Made by a program: the position numbers and the translations under genes
IMG/VR virus record: IMGVR_UViG_3300048672_001051
Coordinates: 165,657 to 229,656 of that record
Length of the DNA stretch: 64,000 nucleotides
Direction: 5' to 3' (one strand)
Shown here: positions 1-9,790 of the stretch, one piece after another
Layout: each line of letters begins with the position of its first letter
Numbering within the stretch: position 1 is the stretch's first letter
The notes under the pieces: model-generated
Databases searched by the model: none
The model's input: only the letters and a program-made list of their open reading frames with translations
Told to the model about the DNA's origin: nothing

Positions 1-247
1 GTATACACTATATTTTAGTATATTAGTGTATTTCTCAACGCTTAAAAAATTGCTTTTTGACTAAACAAACGGTACGGTTGTCGCACTTTTTAGTCGCTAT
101 AATATTTTAAAAAGTGCGACATTTACTCAGAAAGATGGAATGCCACTTTTGGACATTCAATATACACCCCCTGAGCTATGCTATAAGCGTAAGACGCCTT
201 TTACAAGGCGTCCGGTGACTTTCACACCTTTAAGTACCTAGGGCATT

Positions 248-673
248 TTAAGTGCGGGCTGGTTTTTTGATCTTTGCCAACTCTTTCAAATCTTTTGGAT
301 CCAGAAGAATTTCAAGCGCTTGATCTTTCAATTGGCACTTGCCAACTAGCAACTGCAAAAGCGGTACAGGATTCGAAGATTCACATGCGTAATTTTCTGC
401 TTCTGTAACGTCTTTAAGCAACTTTGTTAGGCGAGTTTCTTGCGCGCGAAGCGAACGAAGCTCGGCCACCATCTTAATGCGAGTTTCTTGGCTGATATTA
501 ATCAAGCGAGTTACACCAGTAGCGTAAACAGTAGCTTTCTCAATTTCAGCTGCAGCATTTTGTTGCGCTAAGATTTGCTTGACCAAGTCGATATTTACAC
601 CAGCTGGTGCCATACTTGTCAAGTCGTCAGGTTTCAAATGTGCTTGAGCAGCACGGCTCAATACGCTAGACAT
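248..673 (-). CDS. Hypothetical protein (coiled-coil)
   Basis: 141-aa ORF with GAGG SD upstream. Confidence 0.7.
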   Translation of the reverse strand: MSSVLSRAAQAHLKPDDLTSMAPAGVNIDLVKQILAQQNAAAEIEKATVYATGVTRLINISQETRIKMVAELRSLRAQETRLTKLLKDVTEAENYACESSNPVPLLQLLVGKCQLKDQALEILLDPKDLKELAKIKKPART

Positions 674-740
674 GGGCTTATCCTCATAAGGGCGGATTGG
701 TATGAAAGATTACTGCAACAACAACACAAACATGCTTTTA

Positions 741-1193
741 CTACTTTGTTAAAACAACACTTCCATTTTGAAAATGTTTACAAAGTTCGTTCGTAGCTAC
801 AGCAGATAAACTTGTAACTAAAGGCAACATTTGATCTGTTGTGCGTAATGAGTTAGCACTACGTGCAAGTTTTCCATTGTTATCGCGATAAGTTTCGTAA
901 ATAACCTCTGAGTTAATTACTAACTTAAATTTTGAAAAATTGTCAAATGTGCATTTTAAAGTTCGAGATTTATTTGTCAAAACTAAAAGACCATTTACTT
1001 TAGTTTTGACAATATCTTTTCGAGCATAAAGATTAAAAATTGTGTAATAAACAACTTTTTTAACAGGATATTTTTGGATAACAATCCAAAAAAGAATTAA
1101 AATCAATAACAAAAAAGCTAGCAGTGTAAAAATTGCTTGTAAGCTTATAAGTATAAAAGACATGGTGGTTGCTACAGTATATGGAGGACACAC
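741..1193 (-). CDS. Hypothetical membrane-anchored protein
   Basis: N-terminal hydrophobic segment. Confidence 0.6.
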   Translation of the reverse strand: MCPPYTVATTMSFILISLQAIFTLLAFLLLILILFWIVIQKYPVKKVVYYTIFNLYARKDIVKTKVNGLLVLTNKSRTLKCTFDNFSKFKLVINSEVIYETYRDNNGKLARSANSLRTTDQMLPLVTSLSAVATNELCKHFQNGSVVLTK

Positions 1194-1203
1194 ACATGCT
1201 TAT

Positions 1204-1836
1204 TTATGGTGCTAATGTTGTACTATCTAAGTGCAGTCCTGCTTTCAAAGCTTCCATGAAATCTACATCCATTCCAGGCGAATACTGAGATTTAATTTTG
1301 GATGCGACATAAGAGGTTCTAGGCTCTGCTAAACCAGTACCATATTGATATTCCCGACTAAAGAAATCTCTTTGGCCATAGCTACCTAACTCAACACCAT
1401 CATACTCCAAATCGCAGTCTACTTTTTTACAATACAAGCCTATGCTTCTAAAAAAAATCAAAGCATCTTCTTGTATATTTCTAGTTGTAGGTCCAATTGT
1501 ACACAACTCTAATTTTAAAAAAATCTTTTGATGTGTCTCATCTTCTACGTCATTTCTAACACAAGGAGTTAGAGCCATGTAAGCTCCATCTTCAAGTTTA
1601 GGTAGTAGACTAAAGAATGACTGTTCGGCACTACCAACATAATATTGATTTGTTGGTGGATAAGCTTTAGAAATTCCTTCAAAGCTTAAATCAATAAATT
1701 CTTTATCAATGATATATGGCACTGATAATGCTTTATAACCTAAACTTTGATAAAAATTTATTGCAGCAGTCAAGTAAGGTAAGGATATCATCATAGCGTA
1801 AATCTCTGTAAATGATACATTGGAAGTTTTTCGCAA
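1204..1836 (-). CDS. Stand-alone class II aminoacyl-tRNA synthetase-like catalytic domain
   Basis: GSAEQSF, TPCVRND (motif 2-like), FLKLEL, GVELGSYG, YGTGLAEPR (motif 3-like). No anticodon-binding domain. Confidence 0.7.
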   Translation of the reverse strand: MRKTSNVSFTEIYAMMISLPYLTAAINFYQSLGYKALSVPYIIDKEFIDLSFEGISKAYPPTNQYYVGSAEQSFFSLLPKLEDGAYMALTPCVRNDVEDETHQKIFLKLELCTIGPTTRNIQEDALIFFRSIGLYCKKVDCDLEYDGVELGSYGQRDFFSREYQYGTGLAEPRTSYVASKIKSQYSPGMDVDFMEALKAGLHLDSTTLAP

Positions 1837-2387
1837 TTATCTAGAAAGCTTAACTCTAATTTAGATTCATGAATAACTCTAAAAACACTGAAATCATGTG
1901 AATTTTGAACAGCAAGTTTATCAATAATTTCAAGATCATTTGTAAAATACATTTTAGAATTAATTACAGGAGTACCTTTAAGAATCTCTAAAATAGCATT
2001 TTTTGAAAAAATTGTCTGATCATTTGAATTAGGGACTGAGTTTTCTGTAACATAGTAAGTTATGTTACCAATAACTACTACATGACAATTATTCTGGCAA
2101 ACAATATATTCACCATTATCTATCAGATACTCAAATAAGTTAAAACAAGGTCTTGAACCTGTTTCAAATACTTCTTTAGTTTTACTAGCCATTATGTCTA
2201 GATCTTTGACAGTTAAGCCTAATTTAAATGCTTCTGATTTTATACATAAAAATAAATCAGACAACTCTGTAGCTGCCATTATTTTATTTTTATGACTAAG
2301 CGCATCAATATATTCTAAAAATTCTTCATAAATTTTAAAAGGTGATGTGTGCGGAACTTTTGGAATTTCAAGTGTATGATAAGACAT
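1791..2387 (-). CDS. MazG-like NTP pyrophosphohydrolase domain protein
   Basis: KIYEEFLEYIDA...ATELSDLF matches the EExxE...ExxD pattern. Confidence 0.6.
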   Translation of the reverse strand: MSYHTLEIPKVPHTSPFKIYEEFLEYIDALSHKNKIMAATELSDLFLCIKSEAFKLGLTVKDLDIMASKTKEVFETGSRPCFNLFEYLIDNGEYIVCQNNCHVVVIGNITYYVTENSVPNSNDQTIFSKNAILEILKGTPVINSKMYFTNDLEIIDKLAVQNSHDFSVFRVIHESKLELSFLDNCEKLPMYHLQRFTL

Positions 2388-2425
2388 ATTTAAATATTTC
2401 TCTAAATTATAATACTTAAATGCTT

Positions 2426-2890
2426 TTATAAATATCTAAGATTGTGTATAGGTACAACTTCACCTGCAATGTAAAAAATTGAAGAGTATCTTTGTCCAGA
2501 ATTTACATTTGAAATTCGTGCAGTAGATCCGTGTAATAAGCCATTTTTAAAAAATCCTTCAGGTACAGTTGAATTATAAGCTCTGCGGCTATTTTTAAAA
2601 TTACCGAACATACGTCTATTTGAAAGGTAAAAAGAATCTTTAAATGTTGCAACAGTTGATTCATAATCAGTAACACACTTACAAGATTTTGGGATATTAG
2701 GATACGTATTATAAAAAACAACTTGATTATAAAAATATTTTAAAATATTTTCAAATTGAAGTAGTCTGTTAGTTTTTAATAAAAATTTTAAAATTTTTAT
2801 TTTTTCAATTAAAGGATACCTTGAAGTCATCCTGTGAGAATTATTTAAAATAAATGTGTAATATTCTTCAGCTTCACTTCTTTTTAACAT
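2426..2890 (-). CDS. LRxL-array paralog
   Basis: FFKNGLLHG, FYIAG, NLRYL end. Confidence 0.8.
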   Translation of the reverse strand: MLKRSEAEEYYTFILNNSHRMTSRYPLIEKIKILKFLLKTNRLLQFENILKYFYNQVVFYNTYPNIPKSCKCVTDYESTVATFKDSFYLSNRRMFGNFKNSRRAYNSTVPEGFFKNGLLHGSTARISNVNSGQRYSSIFYIAGEVVPIHNLRYL

Positions 2891-2891
2891 A

Positions 2892-3278
2892 TTATAAATC
2901 TCTTAGTTGTAAATATTTTGGTAATTCTTCATCATTAATGATAAAAGAAACTAAACTAGTAGCCATATCTTTAAAAGCTCCGTGAAGTTCATAGCTCTCT
3001 AAAAAATACATTTTATTTTGATAAGCATGTTGAAAGCCACTAACTTGTAAACCAATTTTATTTAATTTAGAAGTTAAATAGTATGAGTTATATCTACTCT
3101 TACAAAAACCTGACGGAATTTTAAGAGAACCTTTTCGACAATAAATATCATGAAGTATCGCTCTAAAATACGCATTAAAATCTTTAGGGTTTTCCATTGT
3201 AATTAGATGTTCGTACTGGCTTTTATTAAACTCTTTAAGGTTTAATAAAAAATCTATATATTCTTTTGTATATATCAT
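2892..3278 (-). CDS. LRxL-array paralog
   Basis: FNAYFR, LHG, LRDL end. Confidence 0.8.
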   Translation of the reverse strand: MIYTKEYIDFLLNLKEFNKSQYEHLITMENPKDFNAYFRAILHDIYCRKGSLKIPSGFCKSRYNSYYLTSKLNKIGLQVSGFQHAYQNKMYFLESYELHGAFKDMATSLVSFIINDEELPKYLQLRDL

Positions 3279-3295
3279 ACTTTAAACCTGTAACT

Positions 3296-3649
3296 TTATA
3301 AATGTGCTAAATTTGTTATATTTAAAACTAGTCGTTTATTTATATAAAAAGAATATTTTTTAGTATATTTTTCAAAGTAGCAGCCGTGTTGATTCCCACA
3401 AGTTAAAAAAGAATTTACATATAAACTTTTAGAAATTCCGAAAATATAATTTTCGGAATGTTGATAAAATTCAACATTTCTCCATTTAGCAAAACCTGCT
3501 TTTTTAAAATGTTTTCTTAAATCTTTAAATAAATTAAGCCTGTAGAAACTATAACGCATTAAAATATCAAAATCTACACAAGAACCTACTTTAGCAGTTT
3601 TTATCAGGTCAGTATACAAATCAGTTAAGTATCTTTCGTTCATACTCAT
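3296..3649 (-). CDS. LRxL-array paralog
   Basis: QHG, FYIN, LAHL end. Confidence 0.8.
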   Translation of the reverse strand: MSMNERYLTDLYTDLIKTAKVGSCVDFDILMRYSFYRLNLFKDLRKHFKKAGFAKWRNVEFYQHSENYIFGISKSLYVNSFLTCGNQHGCYFEKYTKKYSFYINKRLVLNITNLAHL

Positions 3650-3650
3650 A

Positions 3651-4052
3651 TTAAAGCTCTCTTAAATTTGAAATTTTTAATCTTTGATTATTTATTGCAA
3701 AATGTGTTTTTTGATATTCTGATGCAACTGCGCCCAAGAATCTGTTAGCCACAACAAAGCCAGTTCTCCTTGTAGTGCTAGTACAAAGACCTATTGCGTC
3801 ACATTTAGTGGTTAAAAAACCTGACAGGCCAGAATCACTTTTAAATTTACCAGCTAAAGGTTGTTTATAATCCCAAGCAATTGTTCGATTACCAGTTGTT
3901 TTGTTAAGATAAACTATAGACCGAGCATACTCCCAAAACATTTTTTTACTTTTAATTCCTAAAAAATATTTATTATTAAAGTACTTTTTATCCCAATTTT
4001 TTGTAACAAATTTACTAGCTTCTGGGTCGTGTTGCCAATCAAATGTTTGCAT
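3651..4052 (-). CDS. LRxL-array paralog
   Basis: FWEYAR, LREL end. Confidence 0.8.
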   Translation of the reverse strand: MQTFDWQHDPEASKFVTKNWDKKYFNNKYFLGIKSKKMFWEYARSIVYLNKTTGNRTIAWDYKQPLAGKFKSDSGLSGFLTTKCDAIGLCTSTTRRTGFVVANRFLGAVASEYQKTHFAINNQRLKISNLREL

Positions 4053-4450
4053 TATAAGTATCTCAAGTTAGTAATTGGTTTTTTGTATCCAGCTATGTAG
4101 TGCGTCAGCTGAGCGTTATAAACCTCTGCACCATGTTGTGCTGAACTATTTAGATGGTACTTAATTCTATCACCACGAACTGATTTGACTAAACCAATTG
4201 TTTTTGCCTTAGCTGTAATAATATAGCTAATATCTGAGTTAGGTGAATACGCAATTCCACCTATATTATAAAAAATATCTAACAGATCATATCTTAGCAT
4301 GTCTCTAACAAGAGAATAAAATTCTTTAGAATTTTTATTTCTAGTTGTATTTTTAAAAATTCCTATTAGTTGTGGAGTTACTTTTGAACAAGCACTAAAG
4401 CCATCTAAAATTTCTTGCGGTGTTGAATTATTAAAATCAATTTTTTTCAT
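4052..4450 (-). CDS. LRxL-array paralog
   Basis: QHG, YIAG, LRYL end. Confidence 0.8.
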   Translation of the reverse strand: MKKIDFNNSTPQEILDGFSACSKVTPQLIGIFKNTTRNKNSKEFYSLVRDMLRYDLLDIFYNIGGIAYSPNSDISYIITAKAKTIGLVKSVRGDRIKYHLNSSAQHGAEVYNAQLTHYIAGYKKPITNLRYL

Positions 4451-4827
4451 AAATGTCTCAAATGTGTAGCTGCTACACGTTCACCATCAATATAAAGTTT
4501 TAAAGAATTTGCGACAGCACCATGACGGATGTCGTTAGCATAAAATATTCTTAAATCGCCTTCCTCGAAAATCCCAAGCATGCCACTATTTTTTAAATAA
4601 TAATTACAACCGTAAGTACTTCGTATAAAGCCATTTTTTAATTTAGCTAGTAACCTATGATTAAATAGAGAAGGGTATACTTGAATCGTATTTCTCAAGA
4701 ATCCCCAAAAATATTTAGGATTTTTTTCGTATGAATATTTTATCAAATATTTATAATAAAGATTGGAAGTTCCTAAATGTTTTTTTATAAGTTTAATAGC
4801 ATCAAAAACATCTTTAATTTCATGCAT
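4447..4827 (-). CDS. LRxL-array paralog
   Basis: FWGFLR, RHG, YIDG, LRHL end. Confidence 0.8.
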   Translation of the reverse strand: MHEIKDVFDAIKLIKKHLGTSNLYYKYLIKYSYEKNPKYFWGFLRNTIQVYPSLFNHRLLAKLKNGFIRSTYGCNYYLKNSGMLGIFEEGDLRIFYANDIRHGAVANSLKLYIDGERVAATHLRHL

Positions 4828-4828
4828 A

Positions 4829-5266
4829 TTACAAATACCTTAAATGTGTACAGGATACAACTTGATCAGCAATATTAAAATAAGTTTCTACGTAAGAGTG
4901 ATATGTGTCTGTCGCGTCGTCATAATCTTCTCCGCTGTAAATAGTAGCTCCATGCTCCCCAACTGAAGACTTAAACCACTGCGAATCTGAAGTGGTAATT
5001 AAGCCTCTGGTGCTATTGTGGTAAGAACTGTAGTAGTGTGTTGGTGGAGAATGTGTAGACTTGAGTGGATCATAACTCTCAGCCGGTCCAGAACTTACTG
5101 TTATAGTTTCGTTTTTAAATGTTCTTCTAATTTTTAAATATCTAACATACCGCCAAAATGATTTTAGATCTTTTTCTAATAATAATTTTTCAAGCATTAT
5201 TACTTCATGCTGATAATTTTTAATTGAGCTAAGCTCTTTAAGTATTTCAAGAGGTGTACTATACAT
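4829..5266 (-). CDS. LRxL-array paralog
   Basis: FWRYVRY, EHG, LRYL end. Confidence 0.8.
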   Translation of the reverse strand: MYSTPLEILKELSSIKNYQHEVIMLEKLLLEKDLKSFWRYVRYLKIRRTFKNETITVSSGPAESYDPLKSTHSPPTHYYSSYHNSTRGLITTSDSQWFKSSVGEHGATIYSGEDYDDATDTYHSYVETYFNIADQVVSCTHLRYL

Positions 5267-5286
5267 TATAAATCTCTAAATTTTAA

Positions 5287-5697
5287 TTACAAGTATCTTA
5301 AAGATGCCGTATCAATAGGTCTGTTGTTAATCCAAAAGCGTTTTGTTCTGTTAGGTTCATATAAACTCCCATGCACAGAACAACGTTCTTTGCAGAAATA
5401 TTTCCTTTTTGTAGGTGATAAGTGAAAACCAATCAGTTCAAGATTTTTTTTACGATAATAGATTTCACTATTAAAGTCTAAGCTGTTGACATATTTACCA
5501 GCACCTAACTCTTTTTTAAATTTTTTTAAAAATTTAGAATTCTGGGAGTTATAATTTTCTAAAAAATGCCTAATTCTTGGAATAATATTTTTTAAATCTG
5601 TAGAATTTTCAATTTTAATATTATTAAAATAATTAAAAAAAACAGTTTGTTCAGAAATTTTTTTAACAAATTTTCTAAATTTTTTTTCGGTTAACAT
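5287..5697 (-). CDS. LRxL-array paralog
   Basis: VHG, FWIN, LRYL end. Confidence 0.8.
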   Translation of the reverse strand: MLTEKKFRKFVKKISEQTVFFNYFNNIKIENSTDLKNIIPRIRHFLENYNSQNSKFLKKFKKELGAGKYVNSLDFNSEIYYRKKNLELIGFHLSPTKRKYFCKERCSVHGSLYEPNRTKRFWINNRPIDTASLRYL

Positions 5698-5714
5698 TAT
5701 AAAGTCCTTAGTAG

Positions 5715-6104
5715 CTACAAACTTCTTAAAGAAGTTATTAATGTTTGGTGCCCATTTAGATATAAAGATATATCATTAAAATGTTTAGAAGCGCCGTGTT
5801 GTTTAGTATCTAGTAAAAAATACATATATTGCTTATTTTGAAATACTAATTTATGTCTACGATTTGGTGGACCTATAGTGTAAATAGCATAAGTAATTTT
5901 ATTAACTTTTAAATATACGCTACAAACATAACCAAAACTGCTGTTAAAATTTGGTAATTTAATATACTTTCTTGATGCTAAAAATCTAACATAAGCCCAA
6001 AAGTCTTTAAGATTACCATTACTACTTAAAGACAGCATATAATTTGTTCTACTTCCAAGAGTATATTTATCAATTTCATTTAGTACAGTTTGAATTTTAT
6101 TCAT
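5715..6104 (-). CDS. LRxL-array paralog
   Basis: FWAYVRF, QHG, LRSL end; start placed at the ATG just after the upstream stop. Confidence 0.8.
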   Translation of the reverse strand: MNKIQTVLNEIDKYTLGSRTNYMLSLSSNGNLKDFWAYVRFLASRKYIKLPNFNSSFGYVCSVYLKVNKITYAIYTIGPPNRRHKLVFQNKQYMYFLLDTKQHGASKHFNDISLYLNGHQTLITSLRSL

Positions 6105-6105
6105 A

Positions 6106-6531
6106 TTACAATTCACTTAATTTTAAATTTGAAATATGTTTATCATTAACATAAATTAGATAAGAAGTAGTACCAATCTGCGCCATACCGTGAGACTCAT
6201 CCTGTTTTTTATAAGTTTTTTGATTTGACATACTAAGTAAACCAAAAGTATTGTCAGAACTATTAACATAACCTACAACTTTTAAGCTGTGCGGTGCTAT
6301 AAGGTGTCCAGCAATTTTTAATTCTAAATCTTCTAGATTAAAAAAAGTGTAACGTTTATAAAATCGCAGAGTACCAAAAAATTTCATTAAATTTTTATAA
6401 TTATTTAATGAAATTTTTTTCAAAGATATCAAAGCATTTGTTGCAAAGTATGAACTAACTACAGAATTTTGCTCTGCAATAGCCTCTATTTCACCTAATA
6501 TTTGTAAACATGAATCTTTAGTTTCTAGCAT
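6106..6531 (-). CDS. LRxL-array paralog
   Basis: FFGTLRF, SHG, LSEL end. Confidence 0.8.
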   Translation of the reverse strand: MLETKDSCLQILGEIEAIAEQNSVVSSYFATNALISLKKISLNNYKNLMKFFGTLRFYKRYTFFNLEDLELKIAGHLIAPHSLKVVGYVNSSDNTFGLLSMSNQKTYKKQDESHGMAQIGTTSYLIYVNDKHISNLKLSEL

Positions 6532-6546
6532 AATTTGTAATAATCC

Positions 6547-6927
6547 TTAAAGATTTCTTAATGTTCTATATGCAGGTACCCTACAGCCTTCAAAATAGAA
6601 GGTTGTTATATTACCTGTCTTAGAGCAGCCGTGTATAACATTTTTAGAATAAAAATTAACTCTAATAAAAGATACTGAAAAACCTACACAACTATTATTA
6701 CTTGTTAGGTAGTAACTTACTGTATTATCTGTTGAAATTATAGCACCATAGCTTTTAGAGCACAGGTACATCTCAAATAAGCCTCTAGATATTTTTTTTA
6801 AATAGCGCACTTTAGCCCAAAAATACTTATATTCACCAGCATCTAAATGTTTTTTTAAAGTTTGGATACTCTTATCTTCGTATATATCTAAATCTATTAT
6901 ATATTTCAAAACATCTTGTGGGGTCAT
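6547..6927 (-). CDS. LRxL-array paralog
   Basis: FWAKVRY, IHG, LRNL end. Confidence 0.8.
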   Translation of the reverse strand: MTPQDVLKYIIDLDIYEDKSIQTLKKHLDAGEYKYFWAKVRYLKKISRGLFEMYLCSKSYGAIISTDNTVSYYLTSNNSCVGFSVSFIRVNFYSKNVIHGCSKTGNITTFYFEGCRVPAYRTLRNL

Positions 6928-7409
6928 AAGTCTCTCAATCTTAAGTTTTTTGGGGCGTAGCAGTCTGGTTTAAATAAAAATTTAAATTTTATAGACTGGG
7001 CTTCGTATACAGTACCGTGTGACCCAGTAAATTTTGTTTGAAAATGTTTAGAATATGTATGCACTACTAACCCTACGTTGTTTAAATTTTTACCATTTGC
7101 GTAATAACTACAGTTTTCTTTATAATAATATCCAGACATATTTAAATTAAGTCTAAAATAGGTTGGAAGTTGATAATTTATATATCTTGCATACCCCCAA
7201 AATTTTTTAAAATCTTTGTCCATAAAAAATTTTAAAAGTTTATCGTATTTTGCGCTTGATACCGTGTCTAGTGCATAAAAATATTGCAAAACTTTTAAAG
7301 GATTAACAATAACTGTGTAGTTAAAGCTTTTATAAAAAAGCATTAAAGTTTTTGTAGAATTATCATATATCTTAATATTTAAAATATAGTTTATAAGCTT
7401 ATTAAACAT
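6924..7409 (-). CDS. LRxL-array paralog
   Basis: FWGYARY, SHG, LRDL end. Confidence 0.8.
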   Translation of the reverse strand: MFNKLINYILNIKIYDNSTKTLMLFYKSFNYTVIVNPLKVLQYFYALDTVSSAKYDKLLKFFMDKDFKKFWGYARYINYQLPTYFRLNLNMSGYYYKENCSYYANGKNLNNVGLVVHTYSKHFQTKFTGSHGTVYEAQSIKFKFLFKPDCYAPKNLRLRDL

Positions 7410-7411
7410 AG

Positions 7412-7810
7412 TTATAAGTACCTTAAATTTGAAATATGTATAAGGTCACCGTCTAGATAATAAGCTACCTCAGAGGAGTTGTGCTGATATGTGCCGTGCC
7501 TTGAAGAGTTTTTTAAAAAATAATTAAAATAATATTTATTGCTTTTAACTAAGCCAATTAAATCTCTAGCTGTATTTATAGTGTATAGTGCGTTTTCACC
7601 CGGAGTGTTTGCACTCCCCGCTACATTATAAAAGTTAGTTAATTCATAAAAATGTACTATATATCTTAAATATTTTAAAGCTTCGTTAAACATTAAATTT
7701 TTAATATAGTCTTCAGCAGTTTTTATATGACTAAAGTGTATCTGAGGTATTTGTTTTAAAATTTTTAAAATCTGCTGAGGTTTTAAATTATTAAAATCTG
7801 TTGTAATCAT
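7412..7810 (-). CDS. LRxL-array paralog
   Basis: RHG, YLDG, LRYL end. Confidence 0.8.
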   Translation of the reverse strand: MITTDFNNLKPQQILKILKQIPQIHFSHIKTAEDYIKNLMFNEALKYLRYIVHFYELTNFYNVAGSANTPGENALYTINTARDLIGLVKSNKYYFNYFLKNSSRHGTYQHNSSEVAYYLDGDLIHISNLRYL

Positions 7811-8178
7811 AAATTCCTTAAACCTGTATACGGTATTTTTTTACCCATCAGATATAACCTTGTATTCTTGCGATCAACATCATCTTTAAAACTTCCATGT
7901 TGCATATTATTACTTGTAAAATATTTTAAATATTTATATTCTAAATAGCCGACTTTATAAAAATCCTTAGAAGTGCCTATAAAAAAAGTATGCCAATTAT
8001 TAATATCTCTAGTTTGACCGGTTTTAAATTTGCCTAGGTTTAGATGAGGAATTAAATAATATCTAGCGCGCTCCCAAAATAATTTAATATCATTTGTAAG
8101 GTAAATTTTATTCAGTGCATTAAAAATTGAAGCATATTTTAAATATTCTAAAACTTTTTCTGGTGTGTCGTAAATCAT
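7807..8178 (-). CDS. LRxL-array paralog
   Basis: FWERARY, QHG, LRNL end. Confidence 0.8.
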   Translation of the reverse strand: MIYDTPEKVLEYLKYASIFNALNKIYLTNDIKLFWERARYYLIPHLNLGKFKTGQTRDINNWHTFFIGTSKDFYKVGYLEYKYLKYFTSNNMQHGSFKDDVDRKNTRLYLMGKKIPYTGLRNL

Positions 8179-8190
8179 TTTATAAGCCTA

Positions 8191-8622
8191 TTAAAGATTT
8201 CTTAAAGTAGTTTTTAAACTTAACTTTTGTCCATAAATATAGTGAAAAGCTGAAGTAATTTTATAATATTCAAAAATGTTGATATCAAAAAATTGTCCAT
8301 GAGGCAAACTTGCAGTGTAGTAACCTTTTTTTGTAGCCCTTTTATAAAGTCCAAATCTTTCTGAGTTATTTTTAATATAATAGTTTGGTGCGTCATTATA
8401 GTCGAACGCTACATAACCTTTAGCAGTATGTGAATTTAAAAATTTTGCATCTAAGCGCCAACGCATAGTGTTAATATATCTAATATTATTCCAAAAATTA
8501 TTTAAATCATCGTTAATAATATTTGTAACTAATTTTTCATAAGTTTTATTATTAAGATTATTTTTTATATATTTTAAAATATCAAATATTTCTCGAGCTT
8601 CTTCAACACTTACTTTACCCAT
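8191..8622 (-). CDS. LRxL-array paralog
   Basis: FWNNIRY, PHG, LRNL end. Confidence 0.8.
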   Translation of the reverse strand: MGKVSVEEAREIFDILKYIKNNLNNKTYEKLVTNIINDDLNNFWNNIRYINTMRWRLDAKFLNSHTAKGYVAFDYNDAPNYYIKNNSERFGLYKRATKKGYYTASLPHGQFFDINIFEYYKITSAFHYIYGQKLSLKTTLRNL

Positions 8623-8623
8623 A

Positions 8624-9013
8624 TTATAATTCCTTTAAAGCTACATTTAAAATATTATTGTTAACCAACAACTCGTAACGTCGCCTATTTAGTTTTGTTG
8701 TTGCAGGTAAAACTCTACCATTCATAAAAGTTTTATGACTGCGGTTGGCTATTACGAGGCCAACTTTTAAGTTATTACTTTTTATGTAAAAAGTGCTTAA
8801 CATACTATGAGTTATAACAAAAGCTTTACCGATGTTGTAAATACCTAAATCAATTTTTAATTTATAATAGGATTTTATTCCACGCGCAAACATCCAAAAT
8901 AACTTATCGTTTTTAGATAACAATTCACGTCTTAGCTTATAAAATTCTAAATAAACTTGAGAATGATTTCTTAAAAGTTCATCCATAAATTCTTCAGGTG
9001 TGTCAAAAACCAT
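8624..9013 (-). CDS. LRxL-array paralog
   Basis: FWMFAR, LKEL end. Confidence 0.8.
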   Translation of the reverse strand: MVFDTPEEFMDELLRNHSQVYLEFYKLRRELLSKNDKLFWMFARGIKSYYKLKIDLGIYNIGKAFVITHSMLSTFYIKSNNLKVGLVIANRSHKTFMNGRVLPATTKLNRRRYELLVNNNILNVALKEL

Positions 9014-9025
9014 TGCATAATGCTC

Positions 9026-9412
9026 CTATATATATCTTAAATTATTTACATTCAAATTTGAACCATTAATAAAATATACACCTGAAACTTTACTAAATCC
9101 GTTTAGCATGTTTTTATTATAAAAAGAACTCGAAGAATCACGGTTGTGTAGTCCAAATTTTACAAAATTTTTTTTAAAATAGTAAAAATTTCTAAAAGAG
9201 TTGCTTGCAAAACGTCCGGTAGATATTTTAGAATTTTTACTGACAGGTTCTAAATCTAAAATACAGTTATTAGTATATCGGATAATTTCCCAAAACTTTT
9301 TATAATCACCTTCGTTAATACTATTTAATAATCTTACACAGAAAGAGTCTTTAGCGCCTAAATTATTTTCAATATATTTAACTATATTAAATATTTCTAC
9401 AACTTCAGTCAT
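9026..9412 (-). CDS. LRxL-array paralog
   Basis: FWEIIRY, FING, LRYI end. Confidence 0.8.
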   Translation of the reverse strand: MTEVVEIFNIVKYIENNLGAKDSFCVRLLNSINEGDYKKFWEIIRYTNNCILDLEPVSKNSKISTGRFASNSFRNFYYFKKNFVKFGLHNRDSSSSFYNKNMLNGFSKVSGVYFINGSNLNVNNLRYI

Positions 9413-9414
9413 AA

Positions 9415-9789
9415 CTACAAATCTCTTAATTTTAAAAATTTTGGTAAAGGTTTATTATCAATAATAAACCTACCCCTAGTATTTTGTCCGTGATAGCAGT
9501 CATTTTTAAAATATTGTACTTTACGGTCATTATAATGTTTTCCAAATCTCTGTCGACGACTGTTTACATAAAATTTATCGTTAAATAAACTGTATTTTGC
9601 AAAACCAGCTTTACGTTTATCGGATAAAATTTTTAACTCTTGAGTAAATTCAATATGTCTACAAATTTTCCAAAAATCTTCTAAAGATTTTTGGAAAATA
9701 ACTTCAAGAATTTTTTTAAGACCGGGAGATTTATTACCCAAGCTTTTTTGAAATTCTTTATATGTTTGAAATATTTCTTCATGATCCAT
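9415..9789 (-). CDS. LRxL-array paralog
   Basis: FWKICRH, YHG, LRDL end. Confidence 0.8.
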   Translation of the reverse strand: MDHEEIFQTYKEFQKSLGNKSPGLKKILEVIFQKSLEDFWKICRHIEFTQELKILSDKRKAGFAKYSLFNDKFYVNSRRQRFGKHYNDRKVQYFKNDCYHGQNTRGRFIIDNKPLPKFLKLRDL

Positions 9790-9790
9790 T

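Noticed and set aside
79-247. Further ribozyme or tRNA in the hairpin-rich left end
   Set aside because: Hairpins exist (79-121, 193-212) but there is no CUGAnGA core or cloverleaf; likely terminators.
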